DNA of 64,000 bases from Octopus bimaculoides (Eukaryota). The stretch covers positions 49,685,007-49,749,006 of the forward strand of contig NC_068988.1 of the NCBI RefSeq assembly GCF_001194135.2, written 5' to 3'. The position numbers and the translations under genes are program-made. The stretch's first letter is position 1. Each line of letters starts with the position of its first letter. Below are positions 25,289 through 39,515 of this stretch, in pieces. Below the pieces are notes generated by a model, which worked only from the letters and a program-made list of their open reading frames with translations, did not search any database and had not been told where the DNA came from.

Positions 25289-26053
25289 NNNNNNNNNNNN
25301 NNNNNNNNNNNNNNNNNNNNNNNNNNNNNNNNNNNNNNNNNNNNNNNNNNNNNNNNNNNNNNNNNNNNNNNNNNNNNNNNNNNNNNNNNNNNNNNNNNNN
25401 NNNNNNNNNNNNNNNNNNNNNNNNNNNNNNNNNNNNNNNNNNNNNNNNNNNNNNNNNNNNNNNNNNNNNNNNNNNNNNNNNNNNNNNNNNNNNNNNNNNN
25501 NNNNNNNNNNNNNNNNNNNNNNNNNNNNNNNNNNNNNNNNNNNNNNNNNNNNNNNNNNNNNNNNNNNNNNNNNNNNNNNNNNNNNNNNNNNNNNNNNNNN
25601 NNNNNNNNNNNNNNNNNNNNNNNNNNNNNNNNNNNNNNNNNNNNNNNNNNNNNNNNNNNNNNNNNNATATATATATATATACAGATATGTATATATACCT
25701 CTATATATATGCATTTATATTTCCTACATATGTTTGAGAATGAGTGCATAAAATGTTACATAAAGAGATATTTATACACTTGCAAAACACAATAAACATA
25801 AAATATGCGCATATATTATCACTATTTCTATAAACGCTTGCACACGTACACGTTCATGCATATACGCATTCAACATGACTATAAATGTGTACGTGTGTGT
25901 GTGTGTGTTTGTGTGTGTAAATAATACAGATAAACATATATATGCACGCACATACACATTTATACACACAAACATATATATACATATATATATGCATATA
26001 TACATTGTATGTATGCATATATATACACATGTATATATACATATATATATATG

Positions 26054-26096
<43 letters not shown>

Positions 26097-26843
26097 NNNN
26101 NNNNNNNNNNNNNNNNNNNNNNNNNNNNNNNNNNNNNNNNNNNNNNNNNNNNNNNNNNNNNNNNNNNNNNNNNNNNNNNNNNNNNNNNNNNNNNNNNNNN
26201 NNNNNNNNNNNNNNNNNNNNNNNNNNNNNNNNNNNNNNNNNNNNNNNNNNNNNNNNNNNNNNNNNNNNNNNNNTATATAATCGATAGATGCATAAAGACA
26301 CTATCGCAGCATACGTATACTCATAGAGACATAGAGACAGATGTCTATACATCAATACCTGTGGGGGAAAAAAAAACGAACAAAGAACAAAGAAGAATTT
26401 TCTAAAATGCACTCATATGCACATCGACTCATAGAAATACATAAAACAGCTGAAGCGGAAATCTAAAATGCAGCCAAGCATACGAAGGTGCATCAGCAAG
26501 AAGAAAGGTGACAAACGAAGGTTACTTTCTTCACAGAGAACTAAGCTAAAAGCCAAATATGAGAGAACTGTGCCGCTGACCGTGATAGAACATCAAAAAT
26601 GGTGGATAGAACTAAGTTCTAACTTCATTTTGATGTACCAGCACACTGTAAGCTAGTTGTGAATGGGAATGAGCATGCGTGTGAATAGATATGTTCGACG
26701 GGCCTGGCATTGAATTGAATGCGCACGTATGAATGTGTTTACAAGTGCCAATCTATGTTTGTGCGCATGCGTGCGAGTGATCGCGTGTGTGTGTGGGAAT
26801 GCATATATACATACATATATATATATGTATATATATATAAATG

Positions 26844-26875
<32 letters not shown>

Positions 26876-27597
26876 CACAAACATGCATACATACATACAT
26901 AAATATACACTAATTATATACACTGCATATTACAAGCATAAATACTAATCTACGCCCCACCTCCCAAACTTAAGAGTGACACACTCTACGTAGTGGAGAC
27001 GTACGAAAGTGGAGATAAATACGAATATATATATATGTGTGTGTATCTATATTATACATACATATATATATATATACTTATATAAATATATATATATGCA
27101 TATAAATCCATATATATAAAGATGCATATATACACATTCACATATATATGTATGTATGCATGTATCGGTGTATATACGTTTGCATATTTTACCTATACTC
27201 ATAAAACCACGCATACACAAACCAGATTTGCATAATATATGTGCACATATAGATATTATGCTTTAACAAAATAGTTTGCCTACATCTATACGTACATGTA
27301 CACTATGAGTCTTCTACATAAACTTTTATGCATATATATGTGTGTGCGTGTGTGTGTATACACACACCTAAATATATACGCAAATATATATTTATGTATA
27401 ACGTCGTATAGATATATACATGTGTGTGTTTATATATATGTATGTACGTATATAAATACATATATACACACACACACATACATACAGATCTGTTCACGTT
27501 TTTCACATGTATAATTTACACACATTTACATATATTCATTCTACCTGTCTCCAACTCTACAAGCATTGAGTATGTATATATATATATATATACTTGC

Positions 27598-27700
<103 letters not shown>

Positions 27701-29155
27701 TATACATATATGCACACACTTACTCCCGCTCTGCTCCAGTCAGAAACATTATATTCCAGTACGTTCGGTGACCAGTAAAAAGTGTGTTATTGCAAATAGA
27801 TTGAATAAAACATATTGACATATATCTTTCTAATATTGCTCTCTGTGATGTTTATGATGATGATGATGAGGAGGTGGAGGACGATGATGGTGTTGGGGCT
27901 TTCGATTTTTACGCTGTTGTTTTTTGGGGGGTTCTTTTGATCATACTGTTCCTTCTGGTGTTATTTATCTTTGTTGTTCTGGTCGTTGCATAGGGTGTCA
28001 CTACGTAGTGTATTCCTTATTGCTGTTGTTCTTATATGTTATTATTTTCTTATCAATGCTGATTTCATTTTATTTCATTTTTTTCTACTTCTTTTAATAA
28101 TTTTCTCCTAGTTTTCCTCGTTGTCTTTTAACCCCCCGACCTATCTTATTGTCCTTATCGTTAACTGCTGAATTTTTCCCGGTTGTTGTTCTTTCTTTTT
28201 CTTCCCCCGTTGACATTAACGTTTTTTTTTATTGTTGTAACAGTTGTTATTTTTCTTTTGTTTTTCTTGTATTATTATTTTGTTTCTTTATTGCTATGTT
28301 ATATTATTTATTGCTGTGGATGCTCTTTACAGTATATTCCTTCTTATTGTCGTTGTTGCCCTTCTTGTTTGCTCTTGTTAGTATTACAGCCATTTTATTT
28401 TTACCGTACTTGTTACAGTTTTGCTTTTATTTACATAGTTTTTGTGTGATTTTTGAATTATCGTTGCCAATGTTATTTTTTCCGTTTTGATTCCTCCATC
28501 TTTTTTTCGCTTTACATCGTACTTTTTTTCTTTTATTTCGCTTTTCCTTGTTATTTGTTTTGTTACATCTATCGGCTGTTCCTTTGTATTTATCATAGCT
28601 GTTGGTACTGCTTCTTATCGTTCGTGTCTGATAGTGAGTCGATGTAATTCTTCTGTCTCTCTCTCTCTCTCTCTTTCTTCANNNNNNNNNNNNNNNNNNN
28701 NNNNNNNNNNNNNNNNNNNNNNNNNNNNNNNNNNNNNNNNNNNNNNNNNNNNNNNNNNNNNNNNNNNNNNNNNNAGAGAGAGAGAGAGACATATATATGT
28801 ATGTATACTTATGTATGTATAAGTATGTATGTATATATAAGCAAATACATTTGAATTTTGTTCTTGAAACTCTTGCTTATATCAAATATTCGGTGGTAAA
28901 AATATCTTCAATAGCTTTAACATTGATCTCCCTTTTATAACAGAACTGAAGTCATCCCTACAGGATATACACTTTATTGGGTGTTGTGTCGTTCATTGAG
29001 TGTTTGGTGCATGCGCGTTCACATTCACACGCATAAACTGACACACGCACACACACACAAACACACATACACACACATATATATGTATCTATATATACAT
29101 ATGTATGTATATGTGTGTATCTATATTTACTTTTATATATATATATATATATATA

Positions 29156-29640
29156 ATAATACAAAGAATATATATACATGTATACACACATATATGTACA
29201 TGCTTACATCTACATGTGTATATACATGCATATCAGGGTACAGGACGTTAGAACAATAAACTACAGACAACGGAACGAACATATAGGAAAACGGAAAGCC
29301 ACTTGGAACATCCCTTCATCAGCTGTCTCTATTCTATCTAGACGTTTCGAAGATAAGACAGAACGTACTCTAGAATAGTCTCTTCCTGAGTAGTGGATCA
29401 ACCCACTACACAGAGGATTCCAAGGTGGCAAACACAAACCAAGACAGGAAAAAATGGACAGTGAAAACAACATTCAAAAGCCGTACGGCCAAACGCAAAT
29501 CTGAGGTAGAACGCTAGTAGTTCGTCTTGCCTTCACAGCGGCTGGAGTGAAAAGAAAGTTGACCACAGGTCACACGAGAGCAGAGAGGATGGTGGAGGGA
29601 GGAAGTGGAACAAGGAGGAAGGGACAGAAGGGTTATATAT
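29156..29640 (-). mobile_element. Young non-autonomous repeat, copy 2 (longer)
   Basis: 29156-29479 is ~97% identical to 14172-14495. About 160 bp of additional sequence runs on to a TA/CA tract. Confidence 0.8.
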
Positions 29641-30583
29641 GCACACACACATAAATTCTGCTATGTCAAGATGGACTTATATATTCTTCCTCTGCTCTCT
29701 CCCACTTGGTTTTAATATGTTGCCACATTTGTAATATGTCTTTTTTCTACATTTTTTCGTGCAGCTGAAGATTGCTCTTCATATTGCATTTAAGGTAATG
29801 CTCACATTACTTAAATAAATTGAAGTAGCATGAAACGTGCGTACTGCAATCACTTTTGAAATCCGTGTTGCTTATTGTTTGATATATATATATATATATT
29901 GACTGTATTACATGGTGTCAATCTACCTGGAGATACAACATCAAGCAGCTAATGTAACATCTGCCAGATAGTATTTCTCTGGTATACAACTGGCATGAAA
30001 AATGGCTGATGACGCTTTCCATATGGATCGAATGTTTGTATTGCGGTACATGATATTAGTTAGGCTAGTACTTGGTCAGATTCTTCTGTGTTCTGCTTTT
30101 ATTTTCATAGACTTTGTGTATAAGTCTTTATGTGTGTATGTGAAATTAATGTGTCATTGGTCGTGGGAATAGCATGCATTGAATCGGCAAATCAGGCAGA
30201 TATAATTAATAGCTCTATGCATTGTAGATATAGTTTGGATCTATTGATATGATAGATCTAGATCTTATCTAATCTGGATTTGAAGTACATTTCTTGTTAT
30301 AACTAATGTTATTACGTTGAGAAACGGGAGAGTATTGAAAGATATCTTCTAGTCTTAACAGTAAGTCATTACATCAGTAATATTGTGATTACCGCTAGAT
30401 TACTGTTTATCATATGCACTATTACACAGCATTCCAATTATTGTTTAATATCTCTCATATTATAATTGAATATTTAGATTATTGCTGAACACATGGATAG
30501 AGTGTTTTTAATAAACTTATGGTGTGTTGTCAAACATGTAGATTATTGCTACGCTTCTGGATTATTATTACGTATTTGCCTAC

Positions 30584-30800
30584 GACAGCGAGCTGGCAGA
30601 ATCGTTATCACACCGGACAAAATGCTTAGCGACGTTTTGTCCGTCTTTACTTTTTGAGTTCAAATGCCGCCGAGGTCGATTCTACCTTTCATCTTTTCGG
30701 GGCTCATAAAATAAGTACCAGTTGAACATTGGAGTCGATGTAATAGACTTCTCCCTTCCCCCCAAATTTCAGGTCTTGTGCCTACACATTAAAAAGAATT
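30584..30800 (+). mobile_element. SINE family B, near full length, with a candidate 16 bp target-site duplication
   Basis: Head GCGAGCTGGCAGAATCGTTA and box B GAGTTCAAATGCC. Flanks ATTATTACGTATTTGC (30564) and ATTATTGCATATTTGC (30798) match at 14/16. Confidence 0.85.
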
Positions 30801-32078
30801 ATTGCATATTTGCATCATTTTTAAACATCTGCTGCATTTCTAAAGATTTTGATAATTTATGAGAACCTTGATGAGTTAAACCACTAGATTATTGTAAATC
30901 ATCTGGATTATTGCTAAACATTTCGATTATTACTAACACTTCAATATATCATCCATTGTGATCGATAAAAATATACTAATCAGGCTAGTGGATTCGTGGA
31001 ACTGATAGAATGCCGGACAAGATGTTCTGTGTTTGCTGATCTGGCTCTTTGCGTTCTGGAAGCAACGCCTGCGACCACACTCGTGCTAACTTGTATCGAT
31101 TCTAAGCCAATGACCTTTCTCTTTAATAACATCAATAGTTTAGAAATGGGAAGTTAGCATGTATGCACAGCCGTTAGTCTTCCTTGTAAAAGAAAATGTC
31201 CAGTTTTGTGCAGGTACATGGTCAACCGAAACAGATGGAAGGTTTAGAATCTCTCTAAAATGTGTCGGACTCCTGCATAAGCATGTACAAAACAAATATT
31301 TCGACAGAGACCTGCTGACATACATACGAAAATAGCAGATGTTTACATGTATTCATACATAAGCACACACGTATTTAACATAGTACATGTATATTTTGCA
31401 TAACGTTGTAGACATGTAGGCATATACATTTCCATATATACATCTATACGAACACACAAATGCAGAAGCACACATACATACTCAATCATCTACTTAGAGA
31501 TACAAACACATAGATATAAATAACTCCTACTCACTAATAGTACAAGAATATATATATATATATATATAAAGACATGAATAAACACCGATTTACACGTAAA
31601 CATTTGATGCAAATATCACATACATTTATATACATTTCGACACACCCATTCGCATATTTAGATACATGCACACATATAGAGATGCATATTTCTACACATA
31701 GAAACAGACGTTGCTTCACATATACATATACACTCATTTTCTCCATATTCGCGCTCAGTACACATTTATCAAATGAATTTAAAGGTTAAGTAAGTTTTCC
31801 TCCTCTTCTAGCCCATAAAGCATGGAATAATTCTATGTTGAATAGTTTAGATTTTAAAATTCTCTCCAAATAAAGGCCAGACAAGAATTATTCCAGTGAG
31901 TACGTTTCTGTATGCAACTCTGTGAGGGTATGTGTGTGTGTATGCATGTTTGTACGTGTGTCTGTGTGAGTCTGTACGTGTGTTTGTGTGCATGTGTGAG
32001 TTTTTTTCAGCCTGACATTTCTCTCGACAATTTTAGGTTTTTCTGTTCAACTATCATCAGACTTTGTTCTTCTATTTC

Positions 32079-32155
<77 letters not shown>

Positions 32156-32578
32156 CATCATCATTATTATCGTTGCTATTGTAATTAGTGTTATTTTATA
32201 TGAAGCTGTTGGTTTATTTGTTTGCCTTTTACCATCCTCCGTTCCTGCACGTGTGTGTCTGTGTGTGCATATCTCTTTCTGTGTGAGAGTGTATGTGTGT
32301 ATGTCTATGAGAATATCTGTGTATGCGCGCGCTCATAAACAAATGTCTATATAGAGATACTGTGAAATATATAGGTAAATACATCACTCGTATGTAAGTG
32401 TTTTTGTGCGCCGGAATATTTGTGTATGTTAGAGTTCAGTTGATTTTTTTTTTCTTCAATTAATCTAATCTTTTTTCTTCGCCAGATAAATGTTTTGAAT
32501 GTACTGTCCTAATAGAGTAAACAAATATATTATGATTGATTTCAATATGTATGTAATATAGCTTATATACTGTCTCTA

Positions 32579-32659
<81 letters not shown>

Positions 32660-32704
32660 GTCTATNNNNNNNNNNGTATATATGTGTGTGTGTGTGTGTG
32701 TGCT

Positions 32705-32761
<57 letters not shown>

Positions 32762-32938
32762 GTGGATGTAATTATCATTATCCCCTCGATTGGGGTTGTT
32801 CTTCATTTCTATTTTTTCTTATTTCTCACTCTCTCCACCTCTTTCTCTCCCTCCCATGACGTAATACTTAGCTTATGGAATTCTAATTCAATATCATGAT
32901 CCATATGCTTTATATTCATGTGTGTGTATGTATATATA

Positions 32939-33100
32939 GGTGCAGGAGTGGCTGTGTGGTAAGTAGCTTGTTTACCAAACACATGTTTCCGGATTCTGTC
33001 GCACTGCATGGCACCTTGATTAAATGTCTTCTACTATAGCCTCGGACCGACCAAAGCCTTGTGAGTGGACCTAGTAGACAGAAACTAAAAAAAGCCCGTC
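32939..33100 (+). mobile_element. SINE family A head
   Basis: GGTGCAGGAGTGGCTGTGTGGTAAGTAGCTTG...CCAAAGCCTTGTGAGTGGA. Confidence 0.85.
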
Positions 33101-33189
33101 ATATCAACCATGTACTGATTTTTCTTTAAAGCCTGGTGGTAAGAGAAATGTGCACAATTGGCAAAAGAAATTTAAAGAAGAAATCAAGC

Positions 33190-33310
33190 CTTATACGTAT
33201 CCTATCGATATCTTTTGCCGAACCACTAAATTACGGGGACGTAGTCACATCATCACCGGTTGTCAAATGGTGGAGAGGAACAAATGCAGACATAAAGACA
33301 CACACACACA
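33190..33310 (-). mobile_element. SINE family A 3' part
   Basis: TCTTTTGCCGAACCACTAAATTACGGGGACGTA...GTTGTCAAATGG matches 14030-14080. Confidence 0.7.
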
Positions 33311-33459
33311 CACACACACACATACACATTTATGCACAGATGGATGGATGGATGGATGGATGGATGGATGGATGGATGGATGGATATGATCATGGTCTAC
33401 TAATTTCGAATCTAGATTATGGTCTTCTGATTTTGAATCTAAAGTCACGGTCACGTTTT

Positions 33460-33830
33460 ACTTTCACCAGACCGGAGAGAAAAATATTTTCCTTATTGGT
33501 TTCAAATGTTTTCAACAGATCAGATCAAGTGTCTACTCTTCTCTCCTTCAAGCCTAGTGTCAACTACCGGATTATCTCCTATGCACACAATTTCCGATAC
33601 CCAAAGTCTTCCAACATATTCTGTAATGCATTGGAACCACAGTCAGGCTGTGCAAGTTCGTTCATTCGCTGGTGATTCGTAACAGAAATCACAGTCGTTA
33701 GTCTCCTACCGCGCTTTTTGTCTTCAATGTTGGTTTTTCCTTCTTTAAATTTCTTTATCCATCTGTGCACATTTCTCTTACCAGTGAGTATCATCTCCGT
33801 AAACAAACTGTGCTCTTCTGTGGATGTCGG
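33460..33830 (-). mobile_element. Mariner transposase N-terminal fragment (decayed)
   Basis: Peptides VHRWIKKFKEGKTNIEDKKRGRR, LEDFGYRKLCA and LKERRVD match the mariner helix-turn-helix and linker region. It is a different lineage from the 19165 copy. Confidence 0.8.
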
Positions 33831-33905
33831 ACACTCATTCCGCGTCCACCAACAACTCAATACTAGTACGTTGCATTAGCTTGGAACCAGTTATCCGACT
33901 GCAAG

Positions 33906-34020
33906 GAAGAAGAAGAAGAAGAAGAAGAAGAAGAAGAAGAAGAAGAAGAAGAAGAAGAAGAAGAAGAAGAAGAAGAAGAAGAAGAAGAAGAAGAAGAAGA
34001 AGAAGAAGAAGAAGAAGAAG
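33906..34020. repeat. Perfect (GAA)n microsatellite (~38 units)
   Basis: Directly visible. Confidence 0.95.
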
Positions 34021-34889
34021 CATACACACACACATATACATATATATACAATGAACTTCTACCGAAGAAAACTTACCCTACCGCCATGTGCAATTTGAAC
34101 AACTTATGTTAGTAAATAAAAAAAAAGACGTCATGCCTCACTTTTGCATTACTTTCGAGATAACATTCACAGAATTCACTCTTCGAGTTCTTCTTAATAC
34201 AAATTCTTCTCTGATTGGCTAAATTTTTTACGCAGGAGAGGATTTCCAACTTTCATGTGCTTAACTACGGCCCTGTATTCCTTTCAAGAAATCCAACCCA
34301 ACATTCTGATAAACAACAGATTTATCCTTAATCCGCTTAACAATATGGAAACTGAACCAGATATAAGTAATGACTCCCATTGATGCTTGTGGCTCAGCAA
34401 AGGATTAGGTTATTTATTACAGAGCACCCTACAATTAATTATTTCTACATTGTGAAAGGTGTCGATTCCACCAAATCAAAAACTGATTAATGTCGCTAAA
34501 TATAGAATAGAAGATTTAATCTGAAAGCGTGTATTGAATCAATTACAATAGAGATCAGCTGAAAGGTTACAGCAGTATGTCGAAAGACTGTTACCAATAA
34601 CTAATTAATAATTAACAGTGCTGTAATGAATGACGGAAATAAATCTAGAAATAAATTAAGACAATTGACTGTTTTTCATCATATTGTGAATCCGTGCACA
34701 GAACTACGAAAGAATCTCTTTAAAAAAACTACGAAAAACATAGTATATATTTACAGGTGTTAAATCTTGTAAAAGAGAAATCAAATGAAAAACATACCCC
34801 GTTTTAATCGGTATCAGGATGAAAGATGTTCGGTTCCAATCAGAAGCATTTTCTTCCAGACTTGTTTTTTTTAATACATTTCTATTGAG

Positions 34890-35055
34890 TGTGTGATTAA
34901 GCAGTTGTTTCGTAACCACGAAGTTCTGAGGGCAAACCCATTACGCAGTAATCTGGTTGTCTTCTACAATAAAGTCAAAAGCTTGTTAATCGAATTTGAT
35001 AGACGGGAGTTGTTAAAAAGATTCGTATTTACACCCGACTACATACTCTCTTTCA

Positions 35056-35060
<5 letters not shown>
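34890..35060 (+). mobile_element. Highly diverged SINE family A head
   Basis: GTGTGTGATTAAGCAG...AACCACGAAGTTCTG...GTCTTCTACAATA...GAATTTGATAGACGGGA is collinear with family A. Confidence 0.5.
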
Positions 35061-35086
<26 letters not shown>

Positions 35087-35327
35087 GAACACACACACAC
35101 ACACACACATCTATACATATGTGACTGTCTGCAAAGTGTGTGCCTTAAATAACGGTATGGTTTATATAACTACTCTGTATGTGTCATAACTCAGTAATTT
35201 GAAAAATAAAACTTCCACGTCGAAAGCATTGTTCCTCAATTCAAAGAGTGAAACCGGTAACAGAATGAGGATTCACAAGTAAATAAATATATGTAGCGGT
35301 GGGGGGAGTATGTATCTTTATATATCT

Positions 35328-35365
<38 letters not shown>

Positions 35366-35369
35366 TATC

Positions 35370-36243
35370 ATTTATCTTTTACTTCTTTCAGCGAATGGAC
35401 TAAGGCCATGCTGGGGCACCGCCATAAAATTTTAAGACAACAAAATCGACCTTAGTACTGATTATCATCATCATTATTATTATTATTGTTATTATTATTA
35501 AAGCAGCGAGCTGACAGGAGAGGCAGTGAGCTGGCAGAAAAGACGGCGAGCTGGCAGAATCGTTAGCATGCTGGGCGAAATGCTTAGCGGTATTTTGTTT
35601 GCCGCTACGTTTTGAGTTCAAATTCCGCCGAGGTTGACATTGCCTTTCATCCTTTCAGGATCGATTAGATAATTAACAGTTACGCACTGAGGTCGACTTA
35701 ATCCCTTTGTCTGTCCTTGTTTATCCCCAATGTGTTTAGCCCCTTGTGGACAGTAACGAAATAAATTAATATTATTATTATTACTATTATTATTAAGGCA
35801 GTGAGCTGTCAGAAAATGCTTAGCGGTATTTCGCCCGTCGCTATGTTTTGAGTTCAAATACCGCCGAGGTTGCCTTTGCTTTTCATTATTTCGGGGTCGA
35901 TAGATTAAGTACCAGTTGCTTACTATGGTCGATCTAATCGGCTAGCTTCCTCCCGAAAAATTTCAGGCCCTGCGCCTATAGTAGAAAGGATTGCTATTAT
36001 TATATTTATTATTATTATTGTTATGACGATTGGTATTAATTTTGTCGGTCTTTTTTGGTGAACCGCTAACTTATGGGTACGTCCAAAAACCAACACCAGT
36101 TGTCAAAAGTTGTTGCGGGATAAATCTACTCACAAGGCTTTGGTCGGCCTATGGCTTTAGTTGAGGACAACAGTTTATGTTTCCACGCAGTGAGACAAAA
36201 CTAGGAATCTTGTGATTGGGAAGCAAACGTCTTACCACCGAAC
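35370..36243. mobile_element. Nested SINE cluster: a minus-strand family A copy split by two plus-strand family B copies
   Basis: Family A tail at 35370-35460 and remainder at 36040-36243. Family B copies at ~35500-35760 and ~35795-35990, each preceded by an (ATT)n tract. Confidence 0.8.
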
Positions 36244-36345
36244 AACACATACACACATACATAGACACACTTACACACACACTCACACTCACATACACAC
36301 ATATATATATATGCGTGTGTGTGTATGTATATATATATATATATT

Positions 36346-36378
<33 letters not shown>

Positions 36379-37239
36379 ATTTATGAGTATATATATATAT
36401 ATATATATAACGTGAGAGAGTTAGGGGTTGGGGGTACAACCCACTAAGGGATAGTATCTATCCAGTATACTGCTGGGAGGGTACCCAATTATTGCTACAC
36501 TAGTGCTATACTAGGTGCAATCAATGGGAGCGGGTAAAAGTGGAGGTTTTACCCAAAATTTGTGTAACAATTAGAAAATGGAGGATAATATGCTGAACCC
36601 AACTATTTGCAGACGGTGTATCCCGTTGAATTCATTAATTTAATTCATAGCAAAAGTGACAAAAGAAAGGAAGAAAAGAAAAAGAAAGAAAGAACCAAAG
36701 CACAGGTGTCCATGGCAGACTATGTTATTTTGCCAACATGGTTTACATATAGAAGTACAAATTACATGCATATACATATACATATACATATATGAAAGTC
36801 TATGTGGTTTACTTAATACAGTTTTTGAAGTGTAAAGGTGATTTTTTTTTTAAATTATTGTTTTAAAAATGTTATGAACAGCGAGGCACTTGTTGAAAAA
36901 GTAATCTGAAGAAGTGCAGTCTACACATGTGATGCAAAACAATTGATTGCATAACATCTCACGTATGACCTATAGGTGTAGAATGAATTGAAACACTTGT
37001 GGTGAAATTGAATAGAGAATCTCACGAATTTCATCTTCTATCACTGATATATATATATATATATANNNNNNNNNNNNNNNNNNNNNNNNNNNNNNNNNNN
37101 NNNNNNNNNNNNNNNNNNNNNNNNNNNNNNNNNNNNNNNNNNNNNNNNNNNNNNNNNNNNNNNNNNNNNNNATATTGTTATATTTCGGGACGGTCGTTTT
37201 TTTTTCCTGCCAAATAAACACACACACTAAGTATTCCTT

Positions 37240-38270
37240 CTCCACTCATTTATTATTGTTCTTATTTTATCTTATGTCCATTGTCTGGAATTCTTTCGTC
37301 ACAGTCCTGTGACCTCTTCAGTGACTCTCCCATCACATGTGTGTCCTCCTGTTCTGTATAGTCCATTCTGTTTTTCTATAGTGTGTATCCTTATCTGCGT
37401 ATGCGCTTGTGTTTGTATCTGTGTATGTCTGTGGTTGTGTGTACGTGTGTCTATGAGTTTTGTGTATGTGTTTTGCATGTGCATGTATATGAGTTTGCTT
37501 ACCATATTGTTTGTATCCGTGCCCTTTATATGGCTTTTTTTCTTTCATTCATATATATATATATATTTATCTGTATTTCTTATATTTCATTATAAATATG
37601 TTTATGTGTGTCTTTTGCATCTGGGTTTACGCTTTATACTGTCTGTATCTGTTTCTCCTGTCTTTAGTCGTCGTCTTGTGTAGCGTGGTGGTGGGGTGTT
37701 CTTGTTCCATTCATGTTTTCAGTTGTGGCTCGGTCTGTCTATTATTATGTGTGTGGCCTCTGTAATCTGACCAAAAAGTGTCGTGTCTGTTGTATGTGCT
37801 GATGATACTTTAATCTCTATGTTCTATTTGGGCAAGTTGGTAGAGCACTGACAAGATTTTCTTCTCTTTGAGCTCCCGCTATCCGAAATGCAAGTTGTTG
37901 TGTTGTTTCTGCACCGTCCCTCTGTACACCGTAAGCTATAAACTACATCCCTAATCTTACAGTTAACTCGTGGGTTCATCTTACATACTATACAGTTGTT
38001 CTCCGTACATGGGGACCTAGCGAATGGATATGTCCTACAGATCAGGGATTTTATGGGAGTTCCTGGCCTTTCTATTACTTTAATCCGTAGACTTACGTTA
38101 TCTAACGCTTTTCTAAAAAGATACGCTAGTTCGCCGTCAGGGGTAGCATCAACGAACATGACACTGTTATTTTCCTTGTCATACTATGAGTTGACCTTAT
38201 TTATCTTCTTCTCCGTTCTTTCTATGCTGTTCCAGGATTTACTCCTGTATAGCGAGATAGGTAGATGAAT
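37240..38270 (-). mobile_element. Neptune-type Penelope-like element 3' fragment (Cys linker, partial GIY-YIG, 3' UTR)
   Basis: Peptide YRSKSWNSIER...SVMFVDATPDGEL...KVIERPG...PCTENNCIVC...NCKIRDVVYSLRC, then GQITEATHI...HN*KHEW. The YIG half is deleted. A hammerhead-like motif lies downstream on the same strand. Confidence 0.75.
37283..37325 (-). ncRNA. Type I hammerhead-like motif in the PLE 3' region
   Basis: GUCA-CUGAAGA-G-GUCACAG(GA)CUGUGAC-GAAA-GAAUUC-CA-GAC has intact CUGANGA and GAAA, but position 16.1 is C rather than U. Confidence 0.55.
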
Positions 38271-38689
38271 GTATGTATGTTCCAAGGTAGACAATTCTTT
38301 TTGCAGCTAGGTCACTAAAATGTTGCTGCAGAGGATCGCATACTTTCAACGCGAATGCCATAGAATATTTTAATTTTCCGTTCTATATTTGAATGCATAA
38401 CATTAGCTCACGTTTATGAAGCACAAATTAAACTATTCAATTGCTTCATTTACGAGTTAATCAGAATCTCAGACCATCGAAATGTTTCATTAATTTTCCA
38501 AAACTTTTGATCCAAAATATAGTGTAGTAGTAATATTCCATGGATATATTTTTTTGTAGATCTTAATACAAAACCTGAGCAAGGCCAAATACTGCAGCTA
38601 GCATATGCTTACATGGATACATTCATATATATTTCTATATGTGTGCATGTGTCTGAAGTGGTAAGCATTGTATTAAGAAACAAGAAATG

Positions 38690-38990
38690 TTATAAAGATG
38701 TACCAAATATGGTAAATTACAACAAACTGGGCGTAGTTCTCTAGGATATGACAGTCAAAGCTGGCAAAGATATCAAGGCAAACCGTCCAAGCATAATCAA
38801 GAATTCGAGAGAGTACATGCTTATTGATAGACATCGTAAGCCTTTCGGACCAAAATATTGCCAGAAAAGAAATGGGAAAACTGTCAAAATACAAAGAATT
38901 TCAAATCAAAATATTTAAAATGAAGTGCACGAAGTTGAAAACAATACAAATAATAAATGAAGCATTGGGTATGTGATAAAGCAAAAACAT
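38690..38990 (+). mobile_element. R4/Dong-like restriction-like endonuclease fragment
   Basis: Peptide DVPNMV...DMTVKAGKDIKANRPSII...CLLIDIVSLSDQNIARKEMGKLSKYKE...EALGM. Confidence 0.7.
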
Positions 38991-39445
38991 ATGAATATAA
39001 AACATAGAAGCCATACCAAGAGTCACAACACTATACACTGCCTCAAACTGACTCTACTAAGAACAGACATGTTGAGCAAGACATTAATGATTCAAACGCA
39101 CAGCTCAAATAGAACAATCTTCAAGCAAATGCTAACACTCACCTTATATAATAAGTACTTAACAAAATAAAACAGCACAACATATACACTCTACAAGCTA
39201 AACCGTCAATGTGGTAACGCAACTCACATTACACATATCCAGTACGAAAGGCAAAACAAAAACGTTAATGTTACACGTGAATGAAAAGGCTAAATTTCAC
39301 TATCAAACTGATACTGGACGCTGAAAGCGGTAAAGTTTACTAACGCAAGCTCTACAAATGTAAGCACACATAATGCTATACACACCACAGAAACACTCAT
39401 GTCCAAAAAGTTGCAGTATAAACACTCCCAGGAAGCTACCAACGA

Positions 39446-39514
<69 letters not shown>

Positions 39515-39515
<1 letters not shown>

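Noticed and set aside
36900-36950. CTGAAGA...AAACAATTG with a possible stem I
   Set aside because: G12 and the cleavage triplet are missing.
38570-38602. Helitron-like 3' end (CCTGAGCAAGGCCAAATACTGCAGCTAG)
   Set aside because: The subterminal hairpin is not intact and no 5' end was identified.
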